Positions 1 to 14,180 of a stretch of 64,000 bases of DNA are shown here, in pieces. Within the stretch, counting starts at the first letter, position 1; the number at the start of each line of letters is the position of its first letter. The translations under genes were made by a program, and so were the position numbers. This DNA comes from the human T2T-CHM13v2.0 reference genome, Homo sapiens: NCBI GenBank assembly GCA_009914755.4, contig CP086569.2, forward strand, positions 53,888,001 to 53,952,000, in the 5' to 3' direction. The notes below the pieces were generated by a model. The model was not told where the DNA came from. It worked only from the letters and a program-made list of their open reading frames with translations, and ran no database searches.

Positions 1-4
1 TGTA

Positions 5-3000
5 TTGCAATCCAATAGAATGGAATCGAATGGCATGGAATATAAAGAAATGGAATCGAAGAGAATGGAAACAAATGGATTGGAATTGAATGGAATGGAA
101 TTGAATAGAATGGGAACGAATGGAATGAAATTGTATGCAGTAGAAGAGAATAGAATGGAATGCAAGCGAAAGGAAAGGAATGGATTGGAATGGAATGGAA
201 TTCATTGGAATGCAAGGGAATGTAGTGTAATGGACAGGCCTGGAATAAAGTGGAATGCTACGGTCTCGAATGGAATAAAAATGTATGGAATGGAATGCAA
301 TGAAACGGAATCGAATGTCATAGAATGTAATGGAATGCAACAAAATGGAATCCAAAATCATTGACTGGAAAGGCTGGGAGTCGAAAGGAATTGACTCCAA
401 TGGAATGGAATCAAATGGAATGGAAGTGAATAGAATCGAACTAAATCGAATGGAATGGAATTGATAGGAACGGAATGGAAAGGAATGCAATGATTTGGCA
501 TGGAATGGAATCGAATGGCATCGAATGGAATGGAATGGAATGCAATGGAATGGAATATATTAGAATGTAATGAACTTTAATGGAATGTACTCGAATGGAT
601 TCGACTGGAATGGAATGTTCTGGAAGTGAATGGACTCCAATGGAATGGATTCAAAAGGAATGGAATCGTACGGAATGGAATCTAATGGAATGGAATTAAA
701 TGGAAATGAATCAAATTGAATAGCACGGAATTGAATTGAATGGAATGGAATGCAATGGAATCTAATGAAACGGAAAGGAAAGGAATGGAATGGAATGGAA
801 TGGGCTGGAATGGAAAGGAATAGAAACGAATGGAATGGAATCGAACTGAAGAGACTGGAATGGAATGCACTGGAATGGAAGGGAGTGTAATGGAAGGTTC
901 TCGAAAAAAATGGAATCGAATGGAATGGAATTGAATGGAACGGAATAGAGTCGAATGGAATTGAATGGAATGGAATGGACTAGAGTGAAATGGAATCGAA
1001 CCACAAGGAATGGACAGGAATAGAATGGTCTCGAATTGAATGGAATCGTATGGAATGGCATCAAACGGAATGGAATGGACAGCCACGGAATGGAATGCAC
1101 TCGAATGCAATGGAGTCGAAACTAATGGACTGGAATAGAATGGACTCGACTGGTACGGACTCCAATGGAATGGAATCGAATGGAAGGGAATCGAACGGAA
1201 TGGACTCGAAGGGAAAAGACTGCAATGGAAAGGTCTCGAATGGAATGGAAATTAATGGAATGGAATGGAATCGAATGAAAAGGAGTCAAAAGGAATGGAA
1301 TCGAATGGCAAGAAATCGAATGTAATGGAATCGCAAGGAATTGATGTGAACGGAACGGAATGGAATGGAATCCAAAGGAATGGAATAGAATGGAATGGAA
1401 TCGAATGGAAAGGACTCGAATGGAAATCACTCGAATAGAATGCAATTTAATAAAATAGGATCAAATGTAATGGAATGGAATGGAAAGGAATCGAAACGAA
1501 AGGAATGGAGACAGATGGAATGGAATGGAACAGAGAGCAATGGTATAGAATGGAATGGAATCATGTGGAATGGAATTGAATGGAATGGAATAATATGAAA
1601 TGGAATGGAATGGAATGCCCTTGAATTAAATGGACTGGAATGGAATGGACTCGAACAGAGTGGAATGGAAAGTGTTGAGATAGAATGGAATGGACTCCTT
1701 TGGAATGGTGTAGTATGCAATGCAATCGACTGGCCGGGAATCAAAAGGAATGTAATGGAATGGATTGGACTGGAATGCAATGGACTCGAATAGATTGGAA
1801 ACGGAATGCAAAGGAATGGAATGGAATAGTATGGAATGGAATGGAAAGGAATGGAGTGGAATAGACTAGAGTGGAATGGAATGGACTGGAAAGCAATGGA
1901 CTGGAATGGAACATTCTTGAATGGACTGGAATCAAACGGAATGGAATGCAATGCAATCAAATGGCATGGAATAAAATAGAATGAAAGAGAATCAAATGGA
2001 ATTGAATCGAATGGAATCGAATGGATTGGAAAGGAATAGAATGGAATGGAATGGAATTGACTCAAATGGAATGGACTAGAATGGAATGGATTCGAATGGA
2101 AGGCAAAGGAATGGAATCTATTGGAATGGACTGTAATGGAATGGAATGGAAGGGATTGGAATGGACTCGAATGGAATGGACTGCAATAGAAAGGATTCGA
2201 ATGGAATGAAAAAGAATTGAATGGAATAGAACAGAATGGAATCAAATCGAATGAAATGGAATGGAATAGAAAGGAATGGAAAGGATTCGAATGGAATGCA
2301 ATCGAATGGAATGGAATCGAACGGAATGGAATAAAATGGAAGAAAACTGGCAAGAAATGGAATCGAAATGAATGGAGTGTTATGGAACGGACTCAAAAGG
2401 AATTGAATGTAATAGAATGGAGTGGAGTGGATTCGAATATAATGGACTGGAATGGAATGAAATCACATGGAATGGGAACGAATGGAATGGAATGGAAAGG
2501 AATGGAATCGAATGGAAAGGAATCGAATGGAAGGGAATGAAATTGAATCAACAGGAATGGAAGGGAATAGAATAGACGGTAATGGAATGGACTCGAATAG
2601 AATGGACACGAATGCTCAAATTGAATGGACTCGAGTGGAATGGAAACGAAAGGAATGTCATCGAATGGAATTGAATCGATTGGAATGAAATCGCATAGAA
2701 TGGAGTGGAATCAAATGGAATTGAATCGAAAGGAAAGGAAGCGAATGGACTGAAATGAAATGGAATGGAATTGAATGGAAAGTAATGCAATGGAATAGAA
2801 TGGAACGAAATTTCACGTAATGGAATCAAACTGAATGGAATCAAATCAATGGAATCAAATCAAATGGAATGGAAAGGAATTGAATGGAGTAGATTGGATT
2901 GGATGGGATTGGAATGAAATGTACTGGAAAGGACTCGAATTTCATGAAACGGAATGGAATGAATTGGAACGGAATGGACTCGAATGGAATGGAATGTCAT

Positions 3001-3543
3001 GGAATGGCATCAAATGGAATGGCATCAAATGGAATGGAATCGAATGCAATGGAATGCTATGGAATGGAATGGAATGCATTGGAATGGAATGTCCTCTAAT
3101 GGAATGGATTCGAGTGGAATGGAATCGAATATAATGGAGTCGAATGAAATGGAATTGAAAGGAATGGGATCGAATACAATGGAATATACTGGAATGTAAT
3201 GTAATGAACTCGAATGTAATTGACTGGAATGGAATGTACATGAATGGAATGTAATCGAATGGAAAGTAATCCAATGGAATAGAATCTAATGCAATAAAAT
3301 CGACTCAGATAGAGTAGAATGTAATGGAATGGAGTGCAGTGCAATGGAATGGAATGGAATGGAATGCAATGGAATGGAATGGAATGGAATGGAATGGAAT
3401 GGAATGGGATGGGTTGGAATGGTATGGAATGGATAGTAATGGACTGGAGTGAAATGGACTGGAAAGGAATGGACTCAAATTGAAAGGGCTCGAAAGGAAT
3501 GGAGCCAAATGGAATGGTCTGGAATGGAATGAACACGAATGTA
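5..3543 (+). repeat. HOR unit U1 (3539 bp); subtype A (tgtaTTGcaatcc anchor, ...gaattgaatagaatgggaacgaatggaatgaaattgtatgcagtagaagagaatag..., tgcaagggaatgtag)
   Basis: Unit phase chosen arbitrarily at the anchor gta(a/t)tgcaatc(c/t)aatagaatggaatcgaatggcatggaatataaagaaatgg. Anchor at 5; next anchor at 3544. Confidence 0.85.
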
Positions 3544-6500
3544 ATGCAATCCAATAGAATGGAATCGAATGGCATGGAATATAAAGAAATGGAATCGAAG
3601 AGAATGGAAAAAAATGGAATGGAATTGAATGGAATGGAATTGAATGGAATGGGAACGAATGGAGTGAAATTTTATGCAGCAGAAAGGAATAGAATGGAAT
3701 GCAAGCGAAAGGAAAGGAATGGATTGGAATGGAATGGAATTCATTGGAATGGAAGGGAATGTAGTGTAATGGACAGGCCTGGAATAAAGTGGAATGCTAC
3801 GGTCTCGAATGGAATAAAAATGTATGGAATGGAATGCAATGAAACGGAATCGAATGTCATAGAATGTAATGGAATGCAAAAAAATGGAATCCAAAATCAT
3901 TGACTGGAAAGGCTGGGTGTCGAAAGGAATTGACTCCAATGGAATGGAATCGAATGGAATGGAAGTGAATAGAATCGAACTAAATCGAATGGAATGGAAT
4001 TGATAGGAACGGAATGGAAAGGAATGCAATGATTTGGCATGGAATGGAATCGAATGGCATCGAATGGAATGGAATGGAATGCAATGGAATGGAATGTATT
4101 AGAATGTAATGAACTTTAATGGAATGTACTCGAATGGATTCGACTGGAATGGAATGTTCCGGAAGTGAATGGACTCCAATGGAATGGATTCAAAAGGAAT
4201 GGAATCGTACGGAATGGAATCTAATGGAATGGAATTAAATGGAAATGAATCAAATTGAATAGCACGGAATTGAATTGAATGGAATCGAATGCAATGGAAT
4301 CTAATGAAACAGAAAGGAAAGGAATGGAATGGAACGGAATGGGCTGGAATGGAAAGGAATCGAAACGAATGGAATGGAATCGAACTGAAGAGACTGGAAT
4401 GGAATGCACTGGAATGGAAGGGAGTGTAATGGAAGGTTCTCGAAAAAAATGGAATCGAATGGAATGGAATTGAATGGAACGGAATAGAGTCGAATGGAAT
4501 TGAATGGAATGGAATGGACTAGAGTGAAATGGAATCGAACCACAAGGAATGGACAGGAATAGAATGGTCTCGAATTGAATGGAATCGTATGGAATGACAT
4601 CAAACGGAATGGAATGGACACCCACGGAATGGAATGCACTCGAATGCAATGGAGTCGAAACTAATGGACTGGAATAGAATGGACTCGACTGGTACGGACT
4701 CCAATGGAATGGAATCGAATGGAAGGGAATCGAACGGAATGGACTCGAAGGGAAAAGACTGCAATGGAAAGGTCTCGAATGGAATGGAAATTAATGGAAT
4801 GGAATGGAATCGAATGAAATGGAGTCAAAAGGAATGGAATCGAATGGCAAGAAATCGAATGTAATGGAATCGCAAGGAATTGATGTGAACGGAACGGAAT
4901 GGAATGGAATCCAAAGGAATGGAATAGAATGGAATGGAATCGAATGGAAAGGACTCGAATGGAAATCACTCGAATAGAATGCAATTTAATAAAATAGGAT
5001 CAAATGTAATGGAATGGAATGGAAAGGAATCGAAACGAAAGGAATGGAGACAGATGGAATGGAATGGAACAGAGAGCAATGGTATAGAATGGAATGGAAT
5101 CATGTGGAATGGAATTGAATGGAATGGAATAATATGAAATGGAATGGAATGGAATGCCCTTGAATTAAATGGACTGGAATGGAATGGACTCGAACAGAGT
5201 GGAATGGAAAGTGTTGAGATAGAATGGAATGGACTCCTTTGGAATGGTGTAGTATGCAATGCAATCGACTGGCCGGGAATCAAAAGGAATGTAATGGAAT
5301 GGATTGGACTGGAATGCAATGGACTCGAATAGATTGGAAACGGAATGCAAAGGAATGGAATGGAATAGTATGGAATGGAATGGAAAGGAATGGAGTGGAA
5401 TAGACTAGAGTGGAATGGAATGGACTGGAAAGCAATGGACTGGAATGGAACATTCTTGAATGGACTGGAATCAAACGGAATGGAATGCAATGCAATCAAA
5501 TGGCATGGAATAAAATAGAATGAAAGAGAATCAAATGGAATTGAATCGAATGGAATCGAATGGATTGGAAAGGAATAGAATGGAATGGAATGGAATTGAC
5601 TCAAATGGAATGGACTAGAATGGAATGGATTCGAATGGAAGGCAAAGGAATGGAATCTATTGGAATGGACTGTAATGGAATGGAATGGAAGGGATTGGAA
5701 TGGACTCGAATGGAGTGGACTGCAATAGAAAGGATTCGAATGGAATGAAAAAGAATTGAATGGAATAGAACAGAATGGAATCAAATCGAATGAAATGGAA
5801 TGGAATAGAAAGGAATGGAATGAAATGGAATGGAAAGGATTCGAATGGAATGCAATCGAATGGAATGGAATCGAACGGAATGGAATAAAATGGAAGAAAA
5901 CTGGCAAGAAATGGAATCGAAATGAATGGAGTGTTATGGAACGGACTCAAAAGGAATTGAATGTAATAGAATGGAGTGGAGTGGACTCGAATATAATGGA
6001 CTGGAATGGAATGAAATCACATGGAATGGGAACGAATGGAATGGAATGGAAAAGAATGGAATCGAATGGAAAGGAATCGAATGGAAGGGAATGAAATTGA
6101 ATCAACAGGAATGGAAGGGAATAGAATAGATGGTAATGGAATGGACTCGAATAGAATGGACACGAATGCTCAAATTGAATGGACTCGAATGGAATGGAAA
6201 CGAAAGGAATGTCATCGAATGGAATTGAATCGATTGGAATGAAATCGCATAGAATGGAGTGGAATCAAATGGAATTGAATCGAAAGGAAAGGAAGCGAAT
6301 GGACTGAAATGAAATGGAATGGAATTGAATGGAAAGTAATGCAATGGAATAGAATGGAACGAAATTTCACGGAATGGAATCAAACTGAATGGAATCAAAT
6401 CAATGGAATCAAATTAAATGGAATGGAAAGGAATTGAATGGAGTAGATTGGATTGGATGAGATTGGAATGAAATGAACTGGAAAGGACTCGAATTTCATG

Positions 6501-7092
6501 AAACGGAATGGAATGAATTGGAATGGAATGGACTCGAATGGAATGGAATGTCATGGAATGGCATCAAATGGAATGGCATCAAATGGAATGGAATCGAATG
6601 CAATGGAATGCTACGGAATGGAATGGAATGCATTGGAATGGAATGTCCTCTAATGGAATGGATTCGAGTGGAATGGAATCGAATATAATGGAGTCGAATG
6701 AAATGGAATTGAAAGGAATGGGATCGAATACAATGGAATATACTGGAATGTAATGTAATGAACTCGAATGTAATTGACTGGAATGGAATGTACATGAATG
6801 GAATGTAATCGAATGGAAAGTAATCCAATGGAATAGAATCTAATGCAATAAAATCGACTCAGATAGAGTAGAATGTAATGGAATGGAGTGCAGTGCAATG
6901 GAATGGAATGGAATGGAATGGAATGCAATGGAATGGAATGGAATGGAATGGAATGTGATGGGATGGAATGGTATGGAATGGATAGTAATGGACTGGAGTG
7001 AAATGGACTGGAAAGGAATGGACTCAAATTGAAAGGGCTCGAAAGGAATGGAGCCAAATGGAATGGTCTGGAATGGAATGAACACGAATGTA
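3544..7092 (+). repeat. HOR unit U2 (3549 bp); subtype B (ggaaaaaaatgg, gtgaaattttatgcagcagaaaggaatag)
   Basis: Anchor atgcaatccaatagaatgg at 3544. Pseudo-ORFs are identical to U3, e.g. 4221..4649 equals 7770..8198. Confidence 0.85.
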
Positions 7093-10000
7093 ATGCAATC
7101 CAATAGAATGGAATCGAATGGCATGGAATATAAAGAAATGGAATCGAAGAGAATGGAAAAAAATGGAATGGAATTGAATGGAATGGAATTGAATGGAATG
7201 GGAACGAATGGAGTGAAATTTTATGCAGCAGAAAGGAATAGAATGGAATGCAAGCGAAAGGAAAGGAATGGATTGGAATGGAATGGAATTCATTGGAATG
7301 GAAGGGAATGTAGTGTAATGGACAGGCCTGGAATAAAGTGGAATGCTACGGTCTCGAATGGAATAAAAATGTATGGAATGGAATGCAATGAAACGGAATC
7401 GAATGTCATAGAATGTAATGGAATGCAAAAAAATGGAATCCAAAATCATTGACTGGAAAGGCTGGGTGTCGAAAGGAATTGACTCCAATGGAATGGAATC
7501 GAATGGAATGGAAGTGAATAGAATCGAACTAAATCGAATGGAATGGAATTGATAGGAACGGAATGGAAAGGAATGCAATGATTTGGCATGGAATGGAATC
7601 GAATGGCATCGAATGGAATGGAATGGAATGCAATGGAATGGAATGTATTAGAATGTAATGAACTTTAATGGAATGTACTCGAATGGATTCGACTGGAATG
7701 GAATGTTCCGGAAGTGAATGGACTCCAATGGAATGGATTCAAAAGGAATGGAATCGTACGGAATGGAATCTAATGGAATGGAATTAAATGGAAATGAATC
7801 AAATTGAATAGCACGGAATTGAATTGAATGGAATCGAATGCAATGGAATCTAATGAAACGGAAAGGAAAGGAATGGAATGGAACGGAATGGGCTGGAATG
7901 GAAAGGAATCGAAACGAATGGAATGGAATCGAACTGAAGAGACTGGAATGGAATGCACTGGAATGGAAGGGAGTGTAATGGAAGGTTCTCGAAAAAAATG
8001 GAATCGAATGGAATGGAATTGAATGGAACGGAATAGAGTCGAATGGAATTGAATGGAATGGAATGGACTAGAGTGAAATGGAATCGAACCACAAGGAATG
8101 GACAGGAATAGAATGGTCTCGAATTGAATGGAATCGTATGGAATGACATCAAACGGAATGGAATGGACACCCACGGAATGGAATGCACTCGAATGCAATG
8201 GAGTCGAAACTAATGGACTGGAATAGAATGGACTCGACTGGTACGGACTCCAATGGAATGGAATCGAATGGAAGGGAATCGAACGGAATGGACTCGAAGG
8301 GAAAAGACTGCAATGGAAAGGTCTCGAATGGAATGGAAATTAATGGAATGGAATGGAATCGAATGAAATGGAGTCAAAAGGAATGGAATCGAATGGCAAG
8401 AAATCGAATGTAATGGAATCGCAAGGAATTGATGTGAACGGAACGGAATGGAATGGAATCCAAAGGAATGGAATAGAATGGAATGGAATCGAATGGAAAG
8501 GACTCGAATGGAAATCACTCGAATAGAATGCAATTTAATAAAATAGGATCAAATGTAATGGAATGGAATGGAAAGGAATCGAAACGAAAGGAATGGAGAC
8601 AGATGGAATGGAATGGAACAGAGAGCAATGGTATAGAATGGAATGGAATCATGTGGAATGGAATTGAATGGAATGGAATAATATGAAATGGAATGGAATG
8701 GAATGCCCTTGAATTAAATGGACTGGAATGGAATGGACTCGAACAGAGTGGAATGGAAAGTGTTGAGATAGAATGGAATGGACTCCTTTGGAATGGTGTA
8801 GTATGCAATGCAATCGACTGGCCGGGAATCAAAAGGAATGTAATGGAATGGATTGGACTGGAATGCAATGGACTCGAATAGATTGGAAAGGGAATGCAAA
8901 GGAATGGAATGGAATAGTATGGAATGGAATGGAAAGGAATGGAGTGGAATAGACTAGAGTGGAATGGAATGGACTGGAAAGCAATGGACTGGAATGGAAC
9001 ATTCTTGAATGGACTGGAATCAAACGGAATGGAATGCAATGCAATCAAATGGCATGGAATAAAATAGAATGAAAGAGAATCAAATGGAATTGAATCGAAT
9101 GGAATCGAATGGATTGGAAAGGAATAGAATGGAATGGAATGGAATTGACTCAAATGGAATGGACTAGAATGGAATGGATTCGAATGGAAGGCAAAGGAAT
9201 GGAATCTATTGGAATGGACTGTAATGGAATGGAATGGAAGGGATTGGAATGGACTCGAATGGAATGGACTGCAATAGAAAGGATTCGAATGGAATGAAAA
9301 AGAATTGAATGGAATAGAACAGAATGGAATCAAATCGAATGAAATGGAATGGAATAGAAAGGAATGGAATGAAATGGAATGGAAAGGATTCGAATGGAAT
9401 GCAATCGAATGGAATGGAATCGAACGGAATGGAATAAAATGGAAGAAAACTGGCAAGAAATGGAATCGAAATGAATGGAGTGTTATGGAACGGACTCAAA
9501 AGGAATTGAATGTAATAGAATGGAGTGGAGTGGACTCGAATATAATGGACTGGAATGGAATGAAATCACATGGAATGGGAACGAATGGAATGGAATGGAA
9601 AAGAATGGAATCGAATGGAAAGGAATCGAATGGAAGGGAATGAAATTGAATCAACAGGAATGGAAGGGAATAGAATAGATGGTAATGGAATGGACTCGAA
9701 TAGAATGGACACGAATGCTCAAATTGAATGGACTCGAATGGAATGGAAACGAAAGGAATGTCATCGAATGGAATTGAATCGATTGGAATGAAATCGCATA
9801 GAATGGAGTGGAATCAAATGGAATTGAATCGAAAGGAAAGGAAGCGAATGGACTGAAATGAAATGGAATGGAATTGAATGGAAAGTAATGCAATGGAATA
9901 GAATGGAACGAAATTTCACGGAATGGAATCAAACTGAATGGAATCAAATCAATGGAATCAAATTAAATGGAATGGAAAGGAATTGAATGGAGTAGATTGG

Positions 10001-10641
10001 ATTGGATGAGATTGGAATGAAATGAACTGGAAAGGACTCGAATTTCATGAAACGGAATGGAATGAATTGGAATGGAATGGACTCGAATGGAATGGAATGT
10101 CATGGAATGGCATCAAATGGAATGGCATCAAATGGAATGGAATCGAATGCAATGGAATGCTACGGAATGGAATGGAATGCATTGGAATGGAATGTCCTCT
10201 AATGGAATGGATTCGAGTGGAATGGAATCGAATATAATGGAGTCGAATGAAATGGAATTGAAAGGAATGGGATCGAATACAATGGAATATACTGGAATGT
10301 AATGTAATGAACTCGAATGTAATTGACTGGAATGGAATGTACATGAATGGAATGTAATCGAATGGAAAGTAATCCAATGGAATAGAATCTAATGCAATAA
10401 AATCGACTCAGATAGAGTAGAATGTAATGGAATGGAGTGCAGTGCAATGGAATGGAATGGAATGGAATGGAATGCAATGGAATGGAATGGAATGGAATGG
10501 AATGTGATGGGATGGAATGGTATGGAATGGATAGTAATGGACTGGAGTGAAATGGACTGGAAAGGAATGGACTCAAATTGAAAGGGCTCGAAAGGAATGG
10601 AGTCAAATGGAATGGTCTGGAATGGAATGAACACGAATGTA
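7093..10641 (+). repeat. HOR unit U3 (3549 bp); subtype B, near-identical copy of U2
   Basis: Anchor at 7093. The 134-aa + pseudo-ORF at 7048 is identical to the one at 3499. A second GGCC site (tggccggg) is present, as in U1 and U2. Confidence 0.85.
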
Positions 10642-13600
10642 ATGCAATCCAATAGAATGGAATCGAATGGCATGGAATATAAAGAAATGGAATCGAAGAG
10701 AATGGAAACAAATGGAATGGAATTGAATGGAATGGAATTGAATGGAATGGGAACGAATGGAGTGAAATTGTATGCAGTAGAAGGGAATAGAATGGAATGC
10801 AAGCGAAAGGAAAGGAATGGATTGGAATGGAATGGAATTCATTGGAATGGAAGGGAATGTAGTGTAATGGACAGGCCTGGAATAAAGTGGAATGCTACGG
10901 TCTCGAATGGAATAAAAATGTATGGAATGGAATGCAATGAAACGGAATCGAATGTCATAGAATGTAATGGAATGCAAAAAAATGGAATCCAAAATCATTG
11001 ACTGGAAAGGCTGGGTGTCGAAAGGAATTGACTCCAATGGAATGGAATCGAATGGAATGGAAGTGAATAGAATCGAACTAAATCGAATGGAATGGAATTG
11101 ATAGGAACGGAATGGAAAGGAATGCAATGATTTGGCATGGAATGGAATCGAATGGCATCGAATGGAATGGAATGGAATGCAATGGAATGGAATGTATTAG
11201 AATGTAATGAACTTTAATGGAATGTACTCGAATGGATTCGACTGGAATGGAATGTTCTCGAAGTGAATGGACTCCAATGGAATGGATTCCAAAGGAATGG
11301 AATCGTACGGAATGGAATCTAATGGAATGGAATTAAATGGAAATGAATCAAATTGAATAGCACGGAATTGAATTGAATGGAATGGAATGCAATGGAATCT
11401 AATGAAACGGAAAGGAAAGGAATGGAATGGAATGGAATGGGCTGGAATGGAAAGGAATCGAAACGAATGGAATGGAATCGAACTGAAGAGACTGGAATGG
11501 AATGCACTGGAATGGAAGGGAGTGTAATGGAAGGTTCTCGAAAAAAATGGAATGGAATGGAATGGAATTGAATGGAACGGAATAGAGTCGAATGGAATTG
11601 AATGGAATGGAATGGACTAGAGTGAAATGGAATCGAACCACAAGGAATGGACAGGAATAGAATGGTCTCGAATTGAATGGAATCGTATGGAATGGCATCA
11701 AACGGAATGGAATGGACAGCCACGGAATGGAATGCACTCGAATGCAATGGAGTCGAAACTAATGGACTGGAATAGAATGGACTCGACTGGTACGGACTCC
11801 AATGGAATGGAATCGAATGGAAGGGAATCGAACGGAATGGACTCGAAGGGAAAAGACTGCAATGGAAAGGTCTCGAATGGAATGGAAATTAATGGAATGG
11901 AATGGAATCGAATGAAATGGAGTCAAAAGGAATGGAATCGAATGGCAAGAAATCGAATGTAATGGAATCGCAAGGAATTGATGTGAACGGAACGGAATGG
12001 AATGGAATCCAAAGGAATGGAACAGAATGGAATGGAATCGAATGGAAAGGACTCGAATGGAAATCACTCGAATAGAATGCAATTTAATAAAATAGGATCA
12101 AATGTAATGGAATGGAATGGAAAGGAATCGAAACGAAAGGAATGGAGACAGATGGAATGGAATGGAACAGAGAGCAATGGTATAGAATGGAATGGAATCA
12201 TCTGGAATGGAATTGAATGGAATGGAATAATATGAAATGGAATGGAATGGAATGGAATGCCCTTGAATTAAATGGACTGGAATGGAATGGACTCGAACAG
12301 AGTGGAATGGAAAGTGTTGAGATAGAATGGAATGGACTCCTTTGGAATGGTGTAGTATGCAATGCAATCGACTGGCAGGGAATCAAAAGGAATGTAATGG
12401 AATGGATTGGACTGGAATGCAATGGACTCGAATAGATTGGAAACGGAATGCAAAGGAATGGAATGGAATAGTATGGAATGGAATGGAAAGGAATGGAGTG
12501 GAATAGACTAGAGTGGAATGGAATGGACTGGAAAGCAATGGACTGGAATGGAACTTTCTTGAATGGACTGGAATCAAACGGAATGGAATGCAATGCAATC
12601 AAATGGCATGGAATAAAATAGAATGAAAGAGAATCAAATGGAATTGAATCGAATGGAATCGAATGGATTGGAAAGGAATAGAATGGAATGGAATGGAATG
12701 GACTAGAATGGAATGGATTCGAATGGAAGGCAAAGGAATGGAATCTATTGGAATGGACTGTAATGGAATGGAATGGAAGGGATTGGAATGGACTCGAATG
12801 GAATGGACTGCAATAGAAAAGATTCGAATGGAATGAAAAAGAATTGAATGGAATAGAACAGAATGGAATCAAATCGAATGAAATGGAATGGAATAGAAAG
12901 GAATGGAATGAAATGGAATGGAAAGGATTCGAATGGAATGCAATCGAATGGAATGGAATCGAACGGAATGGAATAAAATGGAAGAAAACTGGCAAGAAAT
13001 GGAATCGAAATGAATGGAGTGTTATGGAACGGACTCAAAAGGAATTGAATGTAATAGAATGGAGTGGAGTGGATTCGAATATAATGGACTGGAATGGAAT
13101 GAAATCACATGGAATGGGAACGAATGGAATGGAATGGAAAAGAATGGAATCGAATGGAAAGGATTCGAATGGAAGGGAATGAAATTGAATCAACAGGAAT
13201 GGAAGGGAATAGAATAGACGGTAATGGAATGGACTCGAATAGAATGGACACGAATGCTCAAATTGAATGGACTCGAATGGAATGGAAACGAAAGGAATGT
13301 CATCGAATGGAATTGAATCGATTGGAATGAAATCGCATAGAATGGAGTGGAATCAAATGGAATTGAATCGAAAGGAAAGGAAGCGAATGGACTGAAATGA
13401 AATGGAATGGAATTGAATGGAAAGTAATGCAATGGAATAGAATGGAACGAAATTTCACGGAATGGAATCAAACTGAATGGAATCAAATCAATGGAATCAA
13501 ATCAAATGGAATGGAAAGGAATTGAATGGAGTAGATTGGATTGGATGGGATTGGAATGAAATGTACTGGAAAGGACTCGAATTTCATGAAACGGAATGGA

Positions 13601-14180
13601 ATGAATTGGAACGGAATGGACTCGAATGGAATGGAATGTCATGGAATGGCATCAAATGGAATGGCATCAAATGGAATGGAATCGAATGCAATGGAATGCT
13701 ATGGAATGGAATGGAATGCATTGGAATGGAATGTCCTCTAATGGAATGGATTCGAGTGGAATGGAATCGAATATAATGGAGTCGAATGAAATGGAATTGA
13801 AAGGAATGGGATCGAATACAATGGAATATACAGGAATGTAATGTAATGAACTCGAATGTAATTGACTGGAATGGAATGTACATGAATGGAATGTAATCGA
13901 ATGGAAAGTAATCCAATGGAATAGAATCTAATGCAATAAAATCGACTCAGATAGAGTAGAATGTAATGGAATGGAGTGCAGTGCAATGGAATGGAATGGA
14001 ATGGAATGGAATGCAATGGAATGGAATGGAATGGAAAGGAATGTGATGGGATGGAATGGTATGGAATGGATAGTAATGGACTGGAGTGAAATGGACTGGA
14101 AAGGAATGGACTCAAATTGAAAGGGCTCGAAAGGAATGGAGTCAAATGGAATGGTCTGGAATGGAATGAACACGAATGTA
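10642..14180 (+). repeat. HOR unit U4 (3539 bp); subtype C (ggaaacaaatgg, gtgaaattgtatgcagtagaagggaatag)
   Basis: Anchor at 10642. Near-identical to U5. The second GGCC site is lost (gactggcaggg). Confidence 0.85.

Noticed and set aside
990-1020. The 10-bp CAACCCGA(A/G)T motif (reverse complement ACTCGGGTTG) often cited as interspersed in satellite III
   Set aside because: I could not find an intact copy. Only GGAAT-derived variants such as ggactcgaatgg and cgaaccacaagg are present. I do not claim the motif is here.
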